From NCBI RefSeq assembly GCF_963506605.1, contig NC_083280.1, forward strand, positions 81,964,001 to 82,028,000: DNA of 64,000 nt, written 5' to 3'. A model generated the notes under the pieces. That model did not search any database. It was not told the origin of the DNA and worked only from the letters and a program-made list of their open reading frames with translations. Each line of letters begins with the position of its first letter. Within the stretch, counting starts at the first letter, position 1. A program made the position numbers and the translations under genes. This stretch comes from Zootoca vivipara. Its lineage: Eukaryota. Positions 12,473 to 24,365 of the stretch are shown here, one piece after another.

Positions 12473-13400
12473 GGGGCTTGTATATAGCAAACCTAGCTGA
12501 AAACTTTGGAAGTGCCAAGCATGCCCGATACTGTATTTGCAATTGGCACCCATTCATTGTTACTACTTATGGAAAAGGGGGGGGGGATCCATGGAAAAAG
12601 TAAGTGGTTCACCAACATCACTGCAACTTACTGAGAAAAACTACCCTTTGCTATACTTTTGTCACAAGGAGTTCAAAGCACAGCAGTGTTTACACAAATT
12701 CTGTGTAAACAGAAAGCTTATACAAATTCTGTGCCAAGGTAATTCAGACAAATTCTGCAGTTCAAGACTGCATGCATGCTATCTTATCATGTTATTGTTT
12801 TACTTAATTTCCTAGTTATTGGAAGAGGCAAGGATCTGTGCTCTACTCCCTGAAGCTCTGCTCCCAATTGCTAGAAGTTTTGTTCAGCCACCTGTTTGGC
12901 TTCTGAGATCACATGCACATTCTTAAGCACCTACTTGTAGTCATAAGGACTAGAAGCTTGCTTTGAAAGAAAAGGAAAAGAGTTTCAAGAAACTGATTCC
13001 TCTGCCCATATGGTGTTCTTTTCTCTATCATTTTTGGGCAAAACCTGTGGTACATTCACATCCCTGTTAAAGGCTTTGAACAGTGCAGGTGATAGATAAC
13101 ACTACTTCCAACTCAGTTTATGTGGGCTGCATTTCCTAAACACAGATACACAACCACCACTGCTAATTTTGAAATGAAAAATCTCTCCTGTGGGGGAACA
13201 TTTGAGCAGCCCATTGGAAACACAAACAGCAGCTCTTCTTTTTAAAATCATATTCCCAGTGCTAAGCATGTAAAAAGCTCAGTTAGCACTGCAGCCACCC
13301 AGAGAAAACGGCAAGGAAGGCCACAAGTGTAGTGAGCACAAGACACAGAAGCGACAGAAATTGATAAAACCTTCATCACATGCCTGACACCCCATATATC

Positions 13401-13572
13401 NNNNNNNNNNNNNNNNNNNNNNNNNNNNNNNNNNNNNNNNNNNNNNNNNNNNNNNNNNNNNNNNNNNNNNNNNNNNNNNNNNNNNNNNNNNNNNNNNNNN
13501 NNNNNNNNNNNNNNNNNNNNNNNNNNNNNNNNNNNNNNNNNNNNNNNNNNNNNNNNNNNNNNNNNNNNNNNN
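13401..13572. other. Assembly gap
   Basis: Run of N. Confidence 1.
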
Positions 13573-13874
13573 TCCTCGCATTTCATTTTCTGGCGGCTTC
13601 CTACCACAATTTTTAGCAATAACCAAAACAGTTAAATAGCCAACATGCAATACATCAGGGCTAAAATTTGGTTACATTGTATTATTTCACTCCCTCATTT
13701 CTCAGCATGAAATCACAGGCCCATCCAGGCACCCCTGGGTTGGCGATGAGTTATTGGCCTACCACCGATTTACTTACATACTGCAGTGCAATAAAACAGA
13801 GCATGCTGATAGTTACTCTTCCAGACTGGAGGTCCGAAATGGAACCTGTAGCTGTAAAACAGTTTCACGGAGTA

Positions 13875-14171
13875 CAGTGGTACCTCAACTTACGAACGAC
13901 TCAACAACCAAAATTTTTCGACTTATGAATGGGGCAAATGGCCGCACGCTTACGAATTTCTCGACATCCGAACGGAAACCGTGGCGGTTTTAGACAGGGT
14001 TTCTTCGACTTACGAATTTTTAGATGGGATTGCTTCGACTTACGAATTTTTCCGTTTCCAATGCATTCCTATGGGAAATTGCGTTTCCAATGGTGCTTTT
14101 CGACTTACAAATTTTTCAACCTATGAAGGTGCCTTCGAAACGGATTAAATTCGTACGTCAAGGCACCACTG
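13875..14171. mobile_element. Tigger/Tc1-mariner-type MITE
   Basis: TA|CAGTGGTACCTCAACTTACGAA ... TTCGTACGTCAAGGCACCACTG|TA; internal TTCGACTTACGAATTTT repeats; CpG-rich (young). Confidence 0.9.
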
Positions 14172-14539
14172 TACTTGAAAACAGAGGTGCCAAATATTTT
14201 GGGTCAAGATCCCTTGAACATTCAGAGGCCCCACAGAGGTCATCCAATCTCCTACAACAAAACCATAGTCCACTGATATTAGTAGCCCACAACTAATTTT
14301 AATAGCCTGCCCTACAAGTTTTTTACTGGCTCATATAACTTGCTAGAGGAGTAACAGAATTAGTGGCAGAGAGAGATGGATGGGTGCCTAGGTAGGGATT
14401 CAAACCGAAGCCATTTTACTGCTAGTTGGCTAACAAATCCTGGATAAGAAAGGACTTGGTTAGTGTTAACCACAAGGTCATTACCAACATATATTTAAAA
14501 CACAATTAAAGGTGAGAGGGAGAATTTTATGAGAAGTGT

Positions 14540-15180
14540 GTGAACTTGTGGTCCACTTCTTAGCTGCGGGCGGTTCAAAGGTTAAAGCCATCAGATGTAC
14601 ACTATTCAGAGTCAGTTGAAAGGGTCTCAACTATGCAATTCTCAAAAACTGTTTTTGAGTACGGATTGATGCAAATTACATGATTCAACTAGGTCAGACA
14701 ATTCATTTTTTATTATTGCTATAGATTTGAACAGCAGTTTCAGTAAAACCAAGTTAATAGAATTAGTGCAAGGGGTATTACTCTTAAAGAAAAATGTGGC
14801 AAGTGGTTTCAGAAGCTGAATCATATGCAAATACATCATTTCCCTACAAATTTTTCTCCCCCAGTCACAGAAGTGCTAATCACAGCCTCTAGAAGGTAAT
14901 GTGGGATGAGGGGATCTATTTCATCTCTTGTTTGTTCGATTTAACGGATGTGCTCTTAACTTCTTGGTTGTAAACTGCATCGTTATCGGTCAAGCAGGAA
15001 GTACAGATCTTGTTTCTTGTAAAAGCAAGCCAGTATAAATTACAAATGGTAAGAGGTTGCTCTGTGTGGCTTGAAATAAGAACTCACTCTGTAGCGTGTA
15101 TATGGGAATGGAAGGAAGAGGGACAATAAGGCAGTAGTTGTCTTTAATAATAATGCTTCAGAGCTATGGCGGTATCCTGA
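14540..15180. promoter_or_regulatory. Candidate enhancer block
   Basis: DR1/TCF-like GGTTCAAAGGTTA (about 14572), octamers ATGCAAAT at 14669 and 14825, ETS CAGGAAGT at about 14995; repeat-free. Confidence 0.35.
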
Positions 15181-15339
15181 AAGATTTCCCTTCCTCCCAC
15201 ACTTAAGCTTTCTCTTCTACAAATCACCAAAGTATAACTCAGGAGTATCAAGTCCCCATTTTAAATCGAGTTTCATTTGGTACCTCTTGAGATTTTTTTT
15301 TTAAAAAGTGGTATTGCCTAGACAACAATTAGGCCTGTG

Positions 15340-15555
15340 TGTGATTTGAACTGATGGAGTCTAGAGACTATGAGTGTAAGCAGCAAGTTGGATAGTTTCT
15401 AATCTCACCTTTGCCACAAACCCATCCGATGACCTCAAACAGAGCACTCCCCCATCTGCAATAAAGGATGATAGTTCTAGTCTCCCTCACCTAGTTGTTG
15501 TAAAGATTGAGATAATGTATGTGATATGCTTTGAACACTTTAGAGTGCTATACAC
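15340..15555 (+). mobile_element. Old MIR/CORE-like SINE
   Basis: CCCCATCTGCAATAAAGGATGATAG...GTTGTTGTAAAGATTGAG core. Confidence 0.5.
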
Positions 15556-15565
15556 AATCTACATA

Positions 15566-15815
15566 CAGTCATACCTCAAGTTGCACCCGCTGCGGGTTGT
15601 GTTTTTTCATGATACGAACGCGGCAGACCCGGAAGTGTTTACTTCCAGGTTTCGCCGTGCGGGCATGTGCAGAAGCGTTCTGCGCACACCGCGCATGTGC
15701 AGAAGCACTCTATCGCGCTTTTGTGCATGCACGAAAGCGCTGCTCAGGTTGTGGATTTTTTGGGGTGCAAACGCCACCCCGGAACGGATAAGGTCCACAA
15801 CCCAAGGTACCAATG
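15566..15815. mobile_element. Tigger/Tc1-mariner-type MITE
   Basis: TA|CAGTCATACCTC ... AAGGTACCAATG|TA; internal GCATGTGCAGAAGC repeats. Confidence 0.8.
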
Positions 15816-16163
15816 TAAAATCCTACATAGTCCTTCAAAACTGTGGAGGAACCCAATGCTCACTCTAGGGATACTCAGATAAATATCTGTAGTATTTGGC
15901 CTTCCCCCCCTGCCCCATGAGATCAGGGCTGGACATGCAATTATTCAATTTTATCCTCAAAATAATATGGAGAGAAACAGCCTTAGATCATATTGATGGG
16001 AATACAGGTCTCCCCAGTCCAACACATCTATTTACTGGACCACCACTTGCTTTGAGTGTGATCAAAGGAAAAGACTCTTAACAAATAAACATTATTATGA
16101 GTATGGCAGGGTCATTTAGGATAAATATTCAGTTCAGAACAATGTAATCTCACATCCCAAATC

Positions 16164-16271
16164 ACGATGAGACAATTTCAATATGAAATTTGCAATAAAT
16201 ATGTGGCAAGCCAGTCAACGATGAGACAATTTCAATAAGAAATTTGCAATAAATATGTGACAAACCAGTCA
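16164..16271. repeat. Tandem duplication 2 x 54 bp
   Basis: ACGATGAGACAATTTCAATA.GAAATTTGCAATAAATATGTG.CAA.CCAGTCA twice (3 mismatches). Confidence 0.92.
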
Positions 16272-16966
16272 ATTGTCCTAGTCCATCTTGGACATTTGCA
16301 ACATCTAACAGCTGCCCACTGTCCAATCTAGAGGTACCAATTCTTAGGCACTACAAATCCTTCTGATGGAAGGTCTTCTCCTGTCGATCAAACACTAGCT
16401 GGAACAAATTGATAAAAATCACCCTAAGTCAAATATTTTATCTCTCCTGTACAGCTGGAGTGGTGTTAGCCAGTCACATTATTGTTTTGGATTTTTCTTA
16501 AATGGGAAAAAAACATAGAATGAGGCAGCCTAACTGCAAATGTACTTAATATTCATGAGATCCTGCTAAGCATCTGATGAGTTTCTCTCTTCCCCCCTAT
16601 GTTTGATTTATTGGATCTTTACCTAGTTCAAGAAGCAGCTGTATGGTGCCTTCTGTTATATGTTTAGCACACCGAGTACTATAGACAAAGGAATTTGAAA
16701 CAACCGTCTAGAAACACAGCACTGAAAGGCACCTGAAGGTTATCTCATCCAATCTGTGTCTTTAATTCTGGGTCCCTCCAAACAATGAGCCCCCTAGAGC
16801 CTACAGAAATGGGGAAGACAACAGTGTGCCATGGGAGTGCCCCCAGCGACAGGACAGGTCAGTTGTAAAGATCAAGCAAATGAGCCTAGCAGGGAGGGAC
16901 AATGCTGCAAACCACATCTCTGGTTTATTACAAAGGTGTGTGTAATCATATTAACCACACCAAAAT

Positions 16967-16967
<1 letters not shown>

Positions 16968-17015
<48 letters not shown>

Positions 17016-17080
17016 TTTTAATTAATATCCCACCCATCTGGCTGGGTTTTTCCAGCCACACTGGGTGGCTTACAACATAT
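16968..17080 (-). mobile_element. (TAA)n microsatellite plus L2 3' terminus
   Basis: CCCACCCATCTGGCTGGGTTT..CCAGCCAC.CTGGGTGGCT is the reverse complement of the L2 end at 18680-18725. Confidence 0.8.
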
Positions 17081-17599
17081 ATAAACACAGTAAAACATCA
17101 AACATTAAAAAACAAAATATCCTACACAAACCCCAAAAATCATCAGAAACCAATATTAACAAAAAACAATAACAAAATAATAAACAGTTTATAGTTCCAG
17201 TTATACCCAAATTAAAATAACTGGGTGTCATTCCTCTTCTCCTTCTCCGTTAAAATCTACTGCCTAAAATCTACTGCCTACAGCAAAATATACATCAGGA
17301 GGCTTAGTTTGGTCAGAATTGAGTATACACTTCCAAAGTTAACACTAAATAATTACTTCTGGTAAATGAGCCACCATAGCTACTAGAGGGCGGTGGAAAT
17401 TGGTGTCCTGGGCGTTGTGGATTCGTCTACCCATGTACTCACTGAAACCAAAGGGGTGCATTGGTTGCCAGATGTGGGATATATTGGCATTTTTTCAGCT
17501 CTCTTACTCCACTACCTAAGAAAAATAAAAACTGTCTTGTGCGATCAGAATGCTTTGTCTCTAGTTCAGCATCCCATTTCCAATTATGACCATCTAGAT

Positions 17600-17870
17600 C
17601 AGGGATCGGCAACCTAAGGCCCATGGATCACAAGCAGCCCATGGGGGTCGTTTAACCAGCCCTTGGACCCCCGCCGCCCGCTCAGGGATCCCCCGCCGCC
17701 CACTTGGTTGGCTCCCATGCACTGCACTAAACTGGCACGGAGCAGAGCGGGGACCACTTCCGTGATGCTGGCCGGCTTCCCATTGGCTGGAGAAAATAGT
17801 GTTTGCGCATGTGTGCATGCACACACACACAGGCCCACCGCAGGGTCTGTGGGACCCTTTTAAAGTTCAG
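17600..17870. mobile_element. hAT element left end
   Basis: ATCTAGAT target followed by CAGGGATCGGCAACCT TIR; GC/CpG-rich interior; right end not found. Confidence 0.65.
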
Positions 17871-17997
17871 CCAATGGTTGTCACAACAACCTGTGGCAGC
17901 CAGTGTTAGAAAGCAGCCAGGAGCCAGGCGCGTTTTGCAGCTGGTGTGGGTCCAATCGCGATCACACAGAGGTCTCTGGATGCCATGTTGGTGACTG

Positions 17998-18207
17998 GGG
18001 AAAGCAAAATGTCACTTAGAGAAGGATCTGAAAAAAATTCATTGAAGCTTGAATTTGTTTTATTTTAGATTGTTTTATTTGATGTTTTAATGTGTTGTAA
18101 ACTGCTCTGAGATTTGTTCTTTAAAATATAAAGCAGCACAGAAATGAAAAAAATGAAAACAACAATAGATTCCACTGCAAAAAGACAAACAAAAAACAGC
18201 ACCTAGA
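17998..18207 (+). repeat. Dispersed repeat copy 2 (uninterrupted)
   Basis: Similar to 3644-3791 joined to 5195-5262. Confidence 0.8.
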
Positions 18208-18247
18208 TAATGCACTGTAGCAACCACTATGTCGCTACATAGTGTTT

Positions 18248-18725
18248 AAGTGATTGAGCGAGTGGTTGCTGAACAACTCCAGGCACGCCTGGAAGAAGCG
18301 GACCATTTGGATCCCTTCCAGTCGGGATTCAGGCCTCATCATGGGACTGAAACTGCCTTGGTTGCACTGGTTGATGATCTCCGGCGGGCTAGGGACAAAG
18401 GTGAGAGCTGTTTCCTAGTTCTGCTGGATCTCTCCCCATCGTTCCGCCCGGAGGTCCAGTACCGAGAGCCTTCTGGCGGTTCCCTCGTTGTGAGAAGCCA
18501 AGTTGCAGGGAACCAGGCAGAGGGCCTTCTCGGTGGTGGCGCCCGCCCTGTGGAACGCTCTCCCATCAGATGTCAAAGAGAAAAACAGCTACCAGATTTT
18601 TAGAAGACATCTGAAGGCAGCCCTGTTTAGGGAGGCTTTTAATGTTTAATAATTATTTTATTTCATTTTTCTGTTGGAAGCCACCCAGAGTGGCTGGAGA
18701 AACCCAGCCAGATGGGTGGGGTATA

Positions 18726-18767
<42 letters not shown>
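18248..18767 (+). mobile_element. Young L2 LINE, internally deleted, with (AAT)n tail
   Basis: RT segment (IERVVAEQL...LDPFQSGFRPHHGTETALVALVDDL...LVLLDLS) fused at about 18434 to the L2 3' end (RAFSVVAPALWNALP). Confidence 0.9.
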
Positions 18768-18792
<25 letters not shown>

Positions 18793-18794
18793 TT

Positions 18795-18965
18795 TAAGGT
18801 GCCATTTGGCATATCTGAGTTTCTAAGACTGGTGGCAGTGAATTCTATATGTGAATTCTGCTTTATGTGAAGAAATATTTTCTTTTGGCTGACTGTTCTA
18901 AGTTTCCTGTCAATCGATTTCATTGGACAACCTCAAATTCAAGTATTATGAGTGAAAGAGAGAAT
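18795..18965 (-). mobile_element. Degraded CR1 fragment
   Basis: Minus translation KIFLHIKQNSHIEFTAT lies in the region of the CR1 ORF2 end; DNA resembles 9100-9250 reversed. Confidence 0.5.
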
Positions 18966-18999
18966 ATTGTCCCTAAATATTGTCCCTAAATCCCTATCG

Positions 19000-19560
19000 T
19001 GTCAATCCTTGATGACAATAATTCTTCAACATTTTATCCAATTCAGCTCTTTGATAAAGATTAAGAGTTTGAAAAAGTTAACCCTGATCCACAGTGAGTG
19101 TCCGAGATGAGAGATTCCCCGCTTCATTCTGCTTCAAGCCTCAAAACAACTTTACAATTTACTATGCATTCAAGAAAGTTTGCACAGCCTTAATCTGGTC
19201 TGATAATCCGTTATTGCATATAACAATTAGACTCCTGGGAATGGACAGGAAATAAGACTTTGGAGACATATCATAAGGCAGTAAGAGTCCAAGACCCACA
19301 TCCTCGAAGTTTGCAAGTGCAGAATGCTGTCATGACAACCACATGTGGAAGACACCATGTCAGACAGAAGACATCTTATTAATGACAGCTTATGTCAAAC
19401 AAACGGCTTCTTAAGAAAAGCAGCTAATTATCTGAAGACATGAATTCTACAAGGACGTAAGAAATGTGCTCAGCACTACTTCCCATCAGTAGATTAATTT
19501 AAATCCATGTGACACTCCTATTCTCAATTTAAGTCGTGCAATGCTATAAACACATTACAG
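19000..19560. promoter_or_regulatory. Candidate conserved non-coding element
   Basis: Repeat-free; TAATCC, AACAAT, several TGACA/TGTCA, TAATTA. Confidence 0.35.
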
Positions 19561-19859
19561 CAAACTTGGAAAGCAGGTCTACATTAAAAAAAAAAGGACA
19601 AGAAAGGCTGCTGCCACAGGCTGGAAGATTATTGCTGAACATGAACTTGCCATCATGGTGCATTGGGGAAAGTATGGGGCACACAGGGGAAGGATTGGGG
19701 GAAGCCCCACTGAGCTAGGAGGCAGCTTCAGTTAGTGCAAGTTGCTTGGATCCGGGTCTAAATCTTAGACCACAGGAAGCTGTCTTTACACCAGCTGAGA
19801 CCTTTCATCACGCTATCTTTTCTCCTTTATTTTCCAGTATTTTCATGTGTATGACCTTC

Positions 19860-20130
19860 ACACTTCAACTCAGCCCTCCTCAGCTACCCAAAAGTCTCAT
19901 GCTCTTTTAAATGGTACCATCCATTCTCCCTTTCTGCCGAAAACTCCCTCCTTGGTACACATTTCACATTAGCCACCTCTTTTTTCTTCCATCAGGCATC
20001 TGAAAACTCATAAATGCTGCCAACTTTTTGGCTCCATACCAATAATACCTAGGGGGCATTATTGGGTTGCTTTTATTATGTAAACTACCCTGAGATTTAC
20101 GGGAATAGGGTGATACATAAATTTAATAAA
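19860..20130 (+). mobile_element. Old L2 3' end
   Basis: TGTAAACTACCCTGAG...GGGTGATACATAAATTTAATAAAT terminus. Confidence 0.5.
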
Positions 20131-22150
20131 TAGTAGTAGCAGCAGCTACTACTACTACTACTACTAGTAGTAGTAGTAGCATGCAAGCCCATATTTCCAC
20201 CCTTCATGATCTTCACTCTCCAACATTCAAATTGTAGCTCCTTGGGGCAGATGAACGGTATAGTTTGCCAAAACACGTCTAACTGGCTTGATTCAGACAC
20301 ACCATAAAGTCAGATAAACTGTAGTGGTCAGTGACCTCTGGAAGTCCTCTTTGCTCCTTGCCCTTTCCTACTGCTCTCAGGAACCAGAGTTTTGCTTAAG
20401 AAACCACAGTATCATTGTCAGTCTCCTGTGATGTCTGCACTTACAAATTAATTTAAAGAGCTCTTCCAAACCAAATTATGAAACCAGGATTGGATCCTGG
20501 TTTGGAGGGGACCTTAAACCACAATTTTCTGGTTCAGACATCACAGTTTAAGAAACCAATATAACTTTGCTGAATGAGGGGAGGAGCCAGAGGAATGGGG
20601 CAAGTGGACACATGGCTAGTTCCTGGGCCAGAAAATTGTGTGTTATCAAAGGGAGACTATAACATCTGAACTAGCCAATTATTTCCTGTAAATTTCAACA
20701 TCAGAAAGGTGTCAGTGCTGCTACCTTTCTGCAAATTTAATCACCCTCTCATAAACCTCAGCAGTATCTTGAATAGATTTCAATAACTGATTAGAAATGT
20801 GCAAACGTCTGCCAGCCCATACTGACATATTTACATCTTTGGCATAAGTTCCCGCCCTGCTTCCCCCCCAATAGTGCTGATTATCAATTCCTAACTTTGC
20901 CCATCACCATTAAACACCACCCATCACATCTTTGGCCATGCAACTTATTTAGAAATATAGAGGGGTGATGTAATGATGATTAACAAATAATCAATTTCTC
21001 TGGGCATACACAGAATGCCTTCCAATGAGCAGCTGCAGGCTTTCCCCATTCAGGAGCAGTGCTTCTTTCCAGATCAGATGCAGGGCCCTCAAAAAGGCCT
21101 TAGCCCCAGGAAATCTCTAGTTTCTAAAAAAAGAAAAATGCACACACGCACCCCATTTCTTAAAGGCATTAAGAGAACATGGTCCTTTTTATTTTTAAAA
21201 AAGCTGTCATCTTAGGACAGTAACTCCCTTTCCACTATTACACTTTGTGAATAGGTGTGTGTCAATCTGAACTTTTTCTAAGGTTTACCACAGCATGGAT
21301 TAAAAGGTTGGCATAACTTAACATGACAGGAGACCGTTACAAACTTTCTTAACCCTGGTACCAGTCTGATCTCAAAAACATGTCCTAAAAGGCATTCAGG
21401 AGATATCCTGAGTTCCTTGCAACTTATATAAGGATCATCTAACTTAAATCTCCTCAATGCCTGAATGGACGCCATCAAGATAATGGTGGGATAACTTTGA
21501 AACAGAAGGCAGACAAGGATGGCCAATTTAGTCGCCTTCACTAGCATCATGTTCTTCAATTGTTAATGGGCAAATGGACAAAGTGGGAAATAGATAGTAA
21601 ACTTTGAAACAAACTCAACAGAACAGTAAAACTATCCTTCCCCTCCCTACTGTATTGGCTGAATTTAGGATTAAAAACCCTAGATTCTAAATGTTTTGTT
21701 AATTCTCAAAGCTCCAACAAGAGTTTTACTCAGTGCCCTCAAGAAACCAATACCCACTCCACCTTAAAGACAGGTACAGTATCATACCCCTTCCCCTACC
21801 TCCATTTCTGGATTGGCTATTAGTGTGAGTTCTGTGGGGAAATTGTCATGCTCACATCCTATAAGCTTTTGAGAATAGTTGGGCATTCTTTCATTCTTTA
21901 GATCAAGCTGCATGTTATAGGATTTGCCGCCTGCTTAAATTGTAATTTGGCTGTCTGAAGCAGCATTTATATATTCCATCACTTTCATTTCATATAATAA
22001 ACCTATTCCTCTATTCTTTTTGTGTCAGAACTTCTTGCTAAGGCCAAACACATACACATAATTGACACACATTATACTCTATCGAAAGATCTTGGTGGTG
22101 TGTGCATGAATACACGTGAGTGAGTGCTGGGCATGCATGCGGATTCAGAC

Positions 22151-22288
22151 CAGTGATATTTCTCTAGAAAAAGAGGTGTCAGAACTCTCCACGAACACCT
22201 CTCTTGTTGTCTTAAAATGGCAATGGCACCCACCTGAGAGGTGCTGGAACTGAGTTCCAGCAAGTTCCGGCTGAAAATAAAAGCCCTG
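22151..22288. mobile_element. hAT MITE
   Basis: CAGTGATATTT...AAAAGCCCTG ends; 8-bp TSD ATTCAGAC/GTTCAGAC. Confidence 0.75.
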
Positions 22289-24094
22289 GTTCAGACACAT
22301 ACTTTGTAACAACTTTGTGCCGTTTTTCTGCACCTGAATGTAGGCATTCACTTTCACTGCTGTTTTGTAGGGAGGGCAGAAGAGTGAGCAAGCTGCACTT
22401 TCAAAACTTGAACTTCTAAGTGGTGATAAATAAGGTTTGTTGGCAAAGTTAACTGCAGTCCTGGGACACGAGCCAAATCTCCCTTAACAATAGGAAAAAC
22501 ACTACAACTCTTAACATTCAAAATATTATTTAACTTGTAAAGCCTCCTTTGTTGCAGTCTCTGCTCCTGAATGTCAGCCGTATTCTGAAGACAAACTATT
22601 TCCTCTTAAGCACGTACAATATTGTCAAGAGTTGTAAAGGAACAGTAATAGGAGAACCAGGCACTTGAACCAGGCTTGGGGGTGGGGTGGGGAGGTGCTT
22701 AAAATGATTGCAGAATTCTTAAAAGCTGGTAAAAGGCTTAATACTGTATAATGATTTACAAAGTGACAAGTAAAATAGATTTACAGTGACAGCTTGAAAT
22801 GAGACCAACATAAATAAAATTACCGCTCACCCTTTTTATGGCTGGAAACATACACCAATAGGAAGAGCGCTACAGGACCAATGTAACCATGTCTACCCAC
22901 ACTCCCCACAAGCTGGATCAACATGGGGCAAGGGAAGTGGGGCCAGAGGTGGGGGGGAGAGGGAGAGGGGACAGAGGAGAGAGGAGAAATCTGCCAATGC
23001 ATGAAAGCTATTTCTGTGGGCAAAACACACAGCCATATGCCTGTAGAAAACAAAAATCTGGAATTTAGCAATCTCTGCACAGCACATTTAGATAAAAATG
23101 CATACTACAGCGTACTTACAATTAACCTGCTGCAGTGATTTGTGTTTACTGATCTGGTAACACTGCATACCTTGTATCCAAGATCAGCCCTCCTGGATCA
23201 GACCAGCTGGTCCCTGCATCCTTTTCCTGATAGAGACCAGTGATGTGCCTCTGCCATGATTTCAAGGAGGACATGACGACAACCAACCTTCCTTCCCCAT
23301 CGTTTCTCCCTGGCTTCTGGTATGCTGTCTCCGAACATGCAAATGCTCTTCAGCTACCTTGACTAATAGCCATTTACACAGTGGCTATTGTATAAATGCA
23401 GCAGAAAAGCAGAGCACCAATAAGATCACTAATTATTACTTGGGCTGCAAGCTGTAATTAATACAGCAATCAATCAACTAAAGCGCTAATTGCAGATTTA
23501 AGTTCCCCCCACTTAAATCAGTGGGGATGACAACAAAACACCCAGAACTCTTGAAGTGCCCACCATTTTGCAAACCAGATATACATGCCAGCTGCCTACT
23601 CTCCAGGACAGTTGTTGTTGCTGTTGTTGTTGTTGTTGTTTGGCGGGGGGGGGGGAGAATGGACCCTGCTTTCCCTTCCTTTTGTTATGTACCCAAAGCT
23701 AGCGACTAAACATTTTTTAAATGAGATATTTAAAGGTGCGAAAAGCAAGGCTCAGAATTGACAATGTTTTATCCTCTGGGCCCCATAAGCTCAGGGCCCC
23801 TTTCCATGACAATTGCATTTGCTGCTGCTACCATGCAAAGCATGGAAAGTGTAAAAAGTCTGTGCACGTTCGGAACATGCAATGGGCATGTGTGAGGCAG
23901 CCCAAATGGGGCTCCCAGGCATAGGTATATGCTTATTTAATGATTAAGCAGAGGGCAACTTCACTGTAGCCAAACATGATGCACTGGTGCACACATCACT
24001 TTAACCACGTCTAAGCTCAAAAATAGATTAAAAGTGAATGAGCAGCATGGAAGTCCATTGGGCTAAAATGGTGACTGTTTTGCTCCTCTACCAC

Positions 24095-24365
24095 TCATCT
24101 AAGCTAAGCCATGGTTTGGCATCCAAATCTGGGTTTATGGATTGCTTCCCCTAAAGAAGCCTGGAACAAACCTTGATTACAGCTCGTGGTTTGTTTGGAG
24201 AGTCAGAGACCATGAATGCAAGTTCAGACATAACACCAAGCTAGAATACGACAGGTTTCCCAGCAGGAGGTGTGAAGCAATTGCAATTTAAGCCCCATGA
24301 ACCAGCAAGCTGCATGCTTCCCTTTAAACCATAGCTAGGCTTAGCTATGGTTTAAATATATGCAT
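24095..24365. mobile_element. Old palindromic MITE-like repeat (related copies at about 20390-20670, 31410-31725, 33900-34130, 34795-35010, 41200-41440)
   Basis: Shared AAACCATGGTTT/AAGCCATGGTTT and GTTCAGAC motifs in inverted arrangement. Confidence 0.45.

Noticed and set aside
13875-14171. CRISPR-like repeat-spacer pattern (TTCGACTTACGAATTTT)
   Set aside because: Internal repeats of a TA-flanked MITE in a vertebrate genome; irregular spacing, no cas genes.
15088-15177. Minus-strand exon candidate (AGA|GTGAGT donor)
   Set aside because: Acceptor lacks a polypyrimidine tract.
21278-21559. 93-aa minus ORF with acceptor-like site
   Set aside because: No convincing donor and no recognisable protein.
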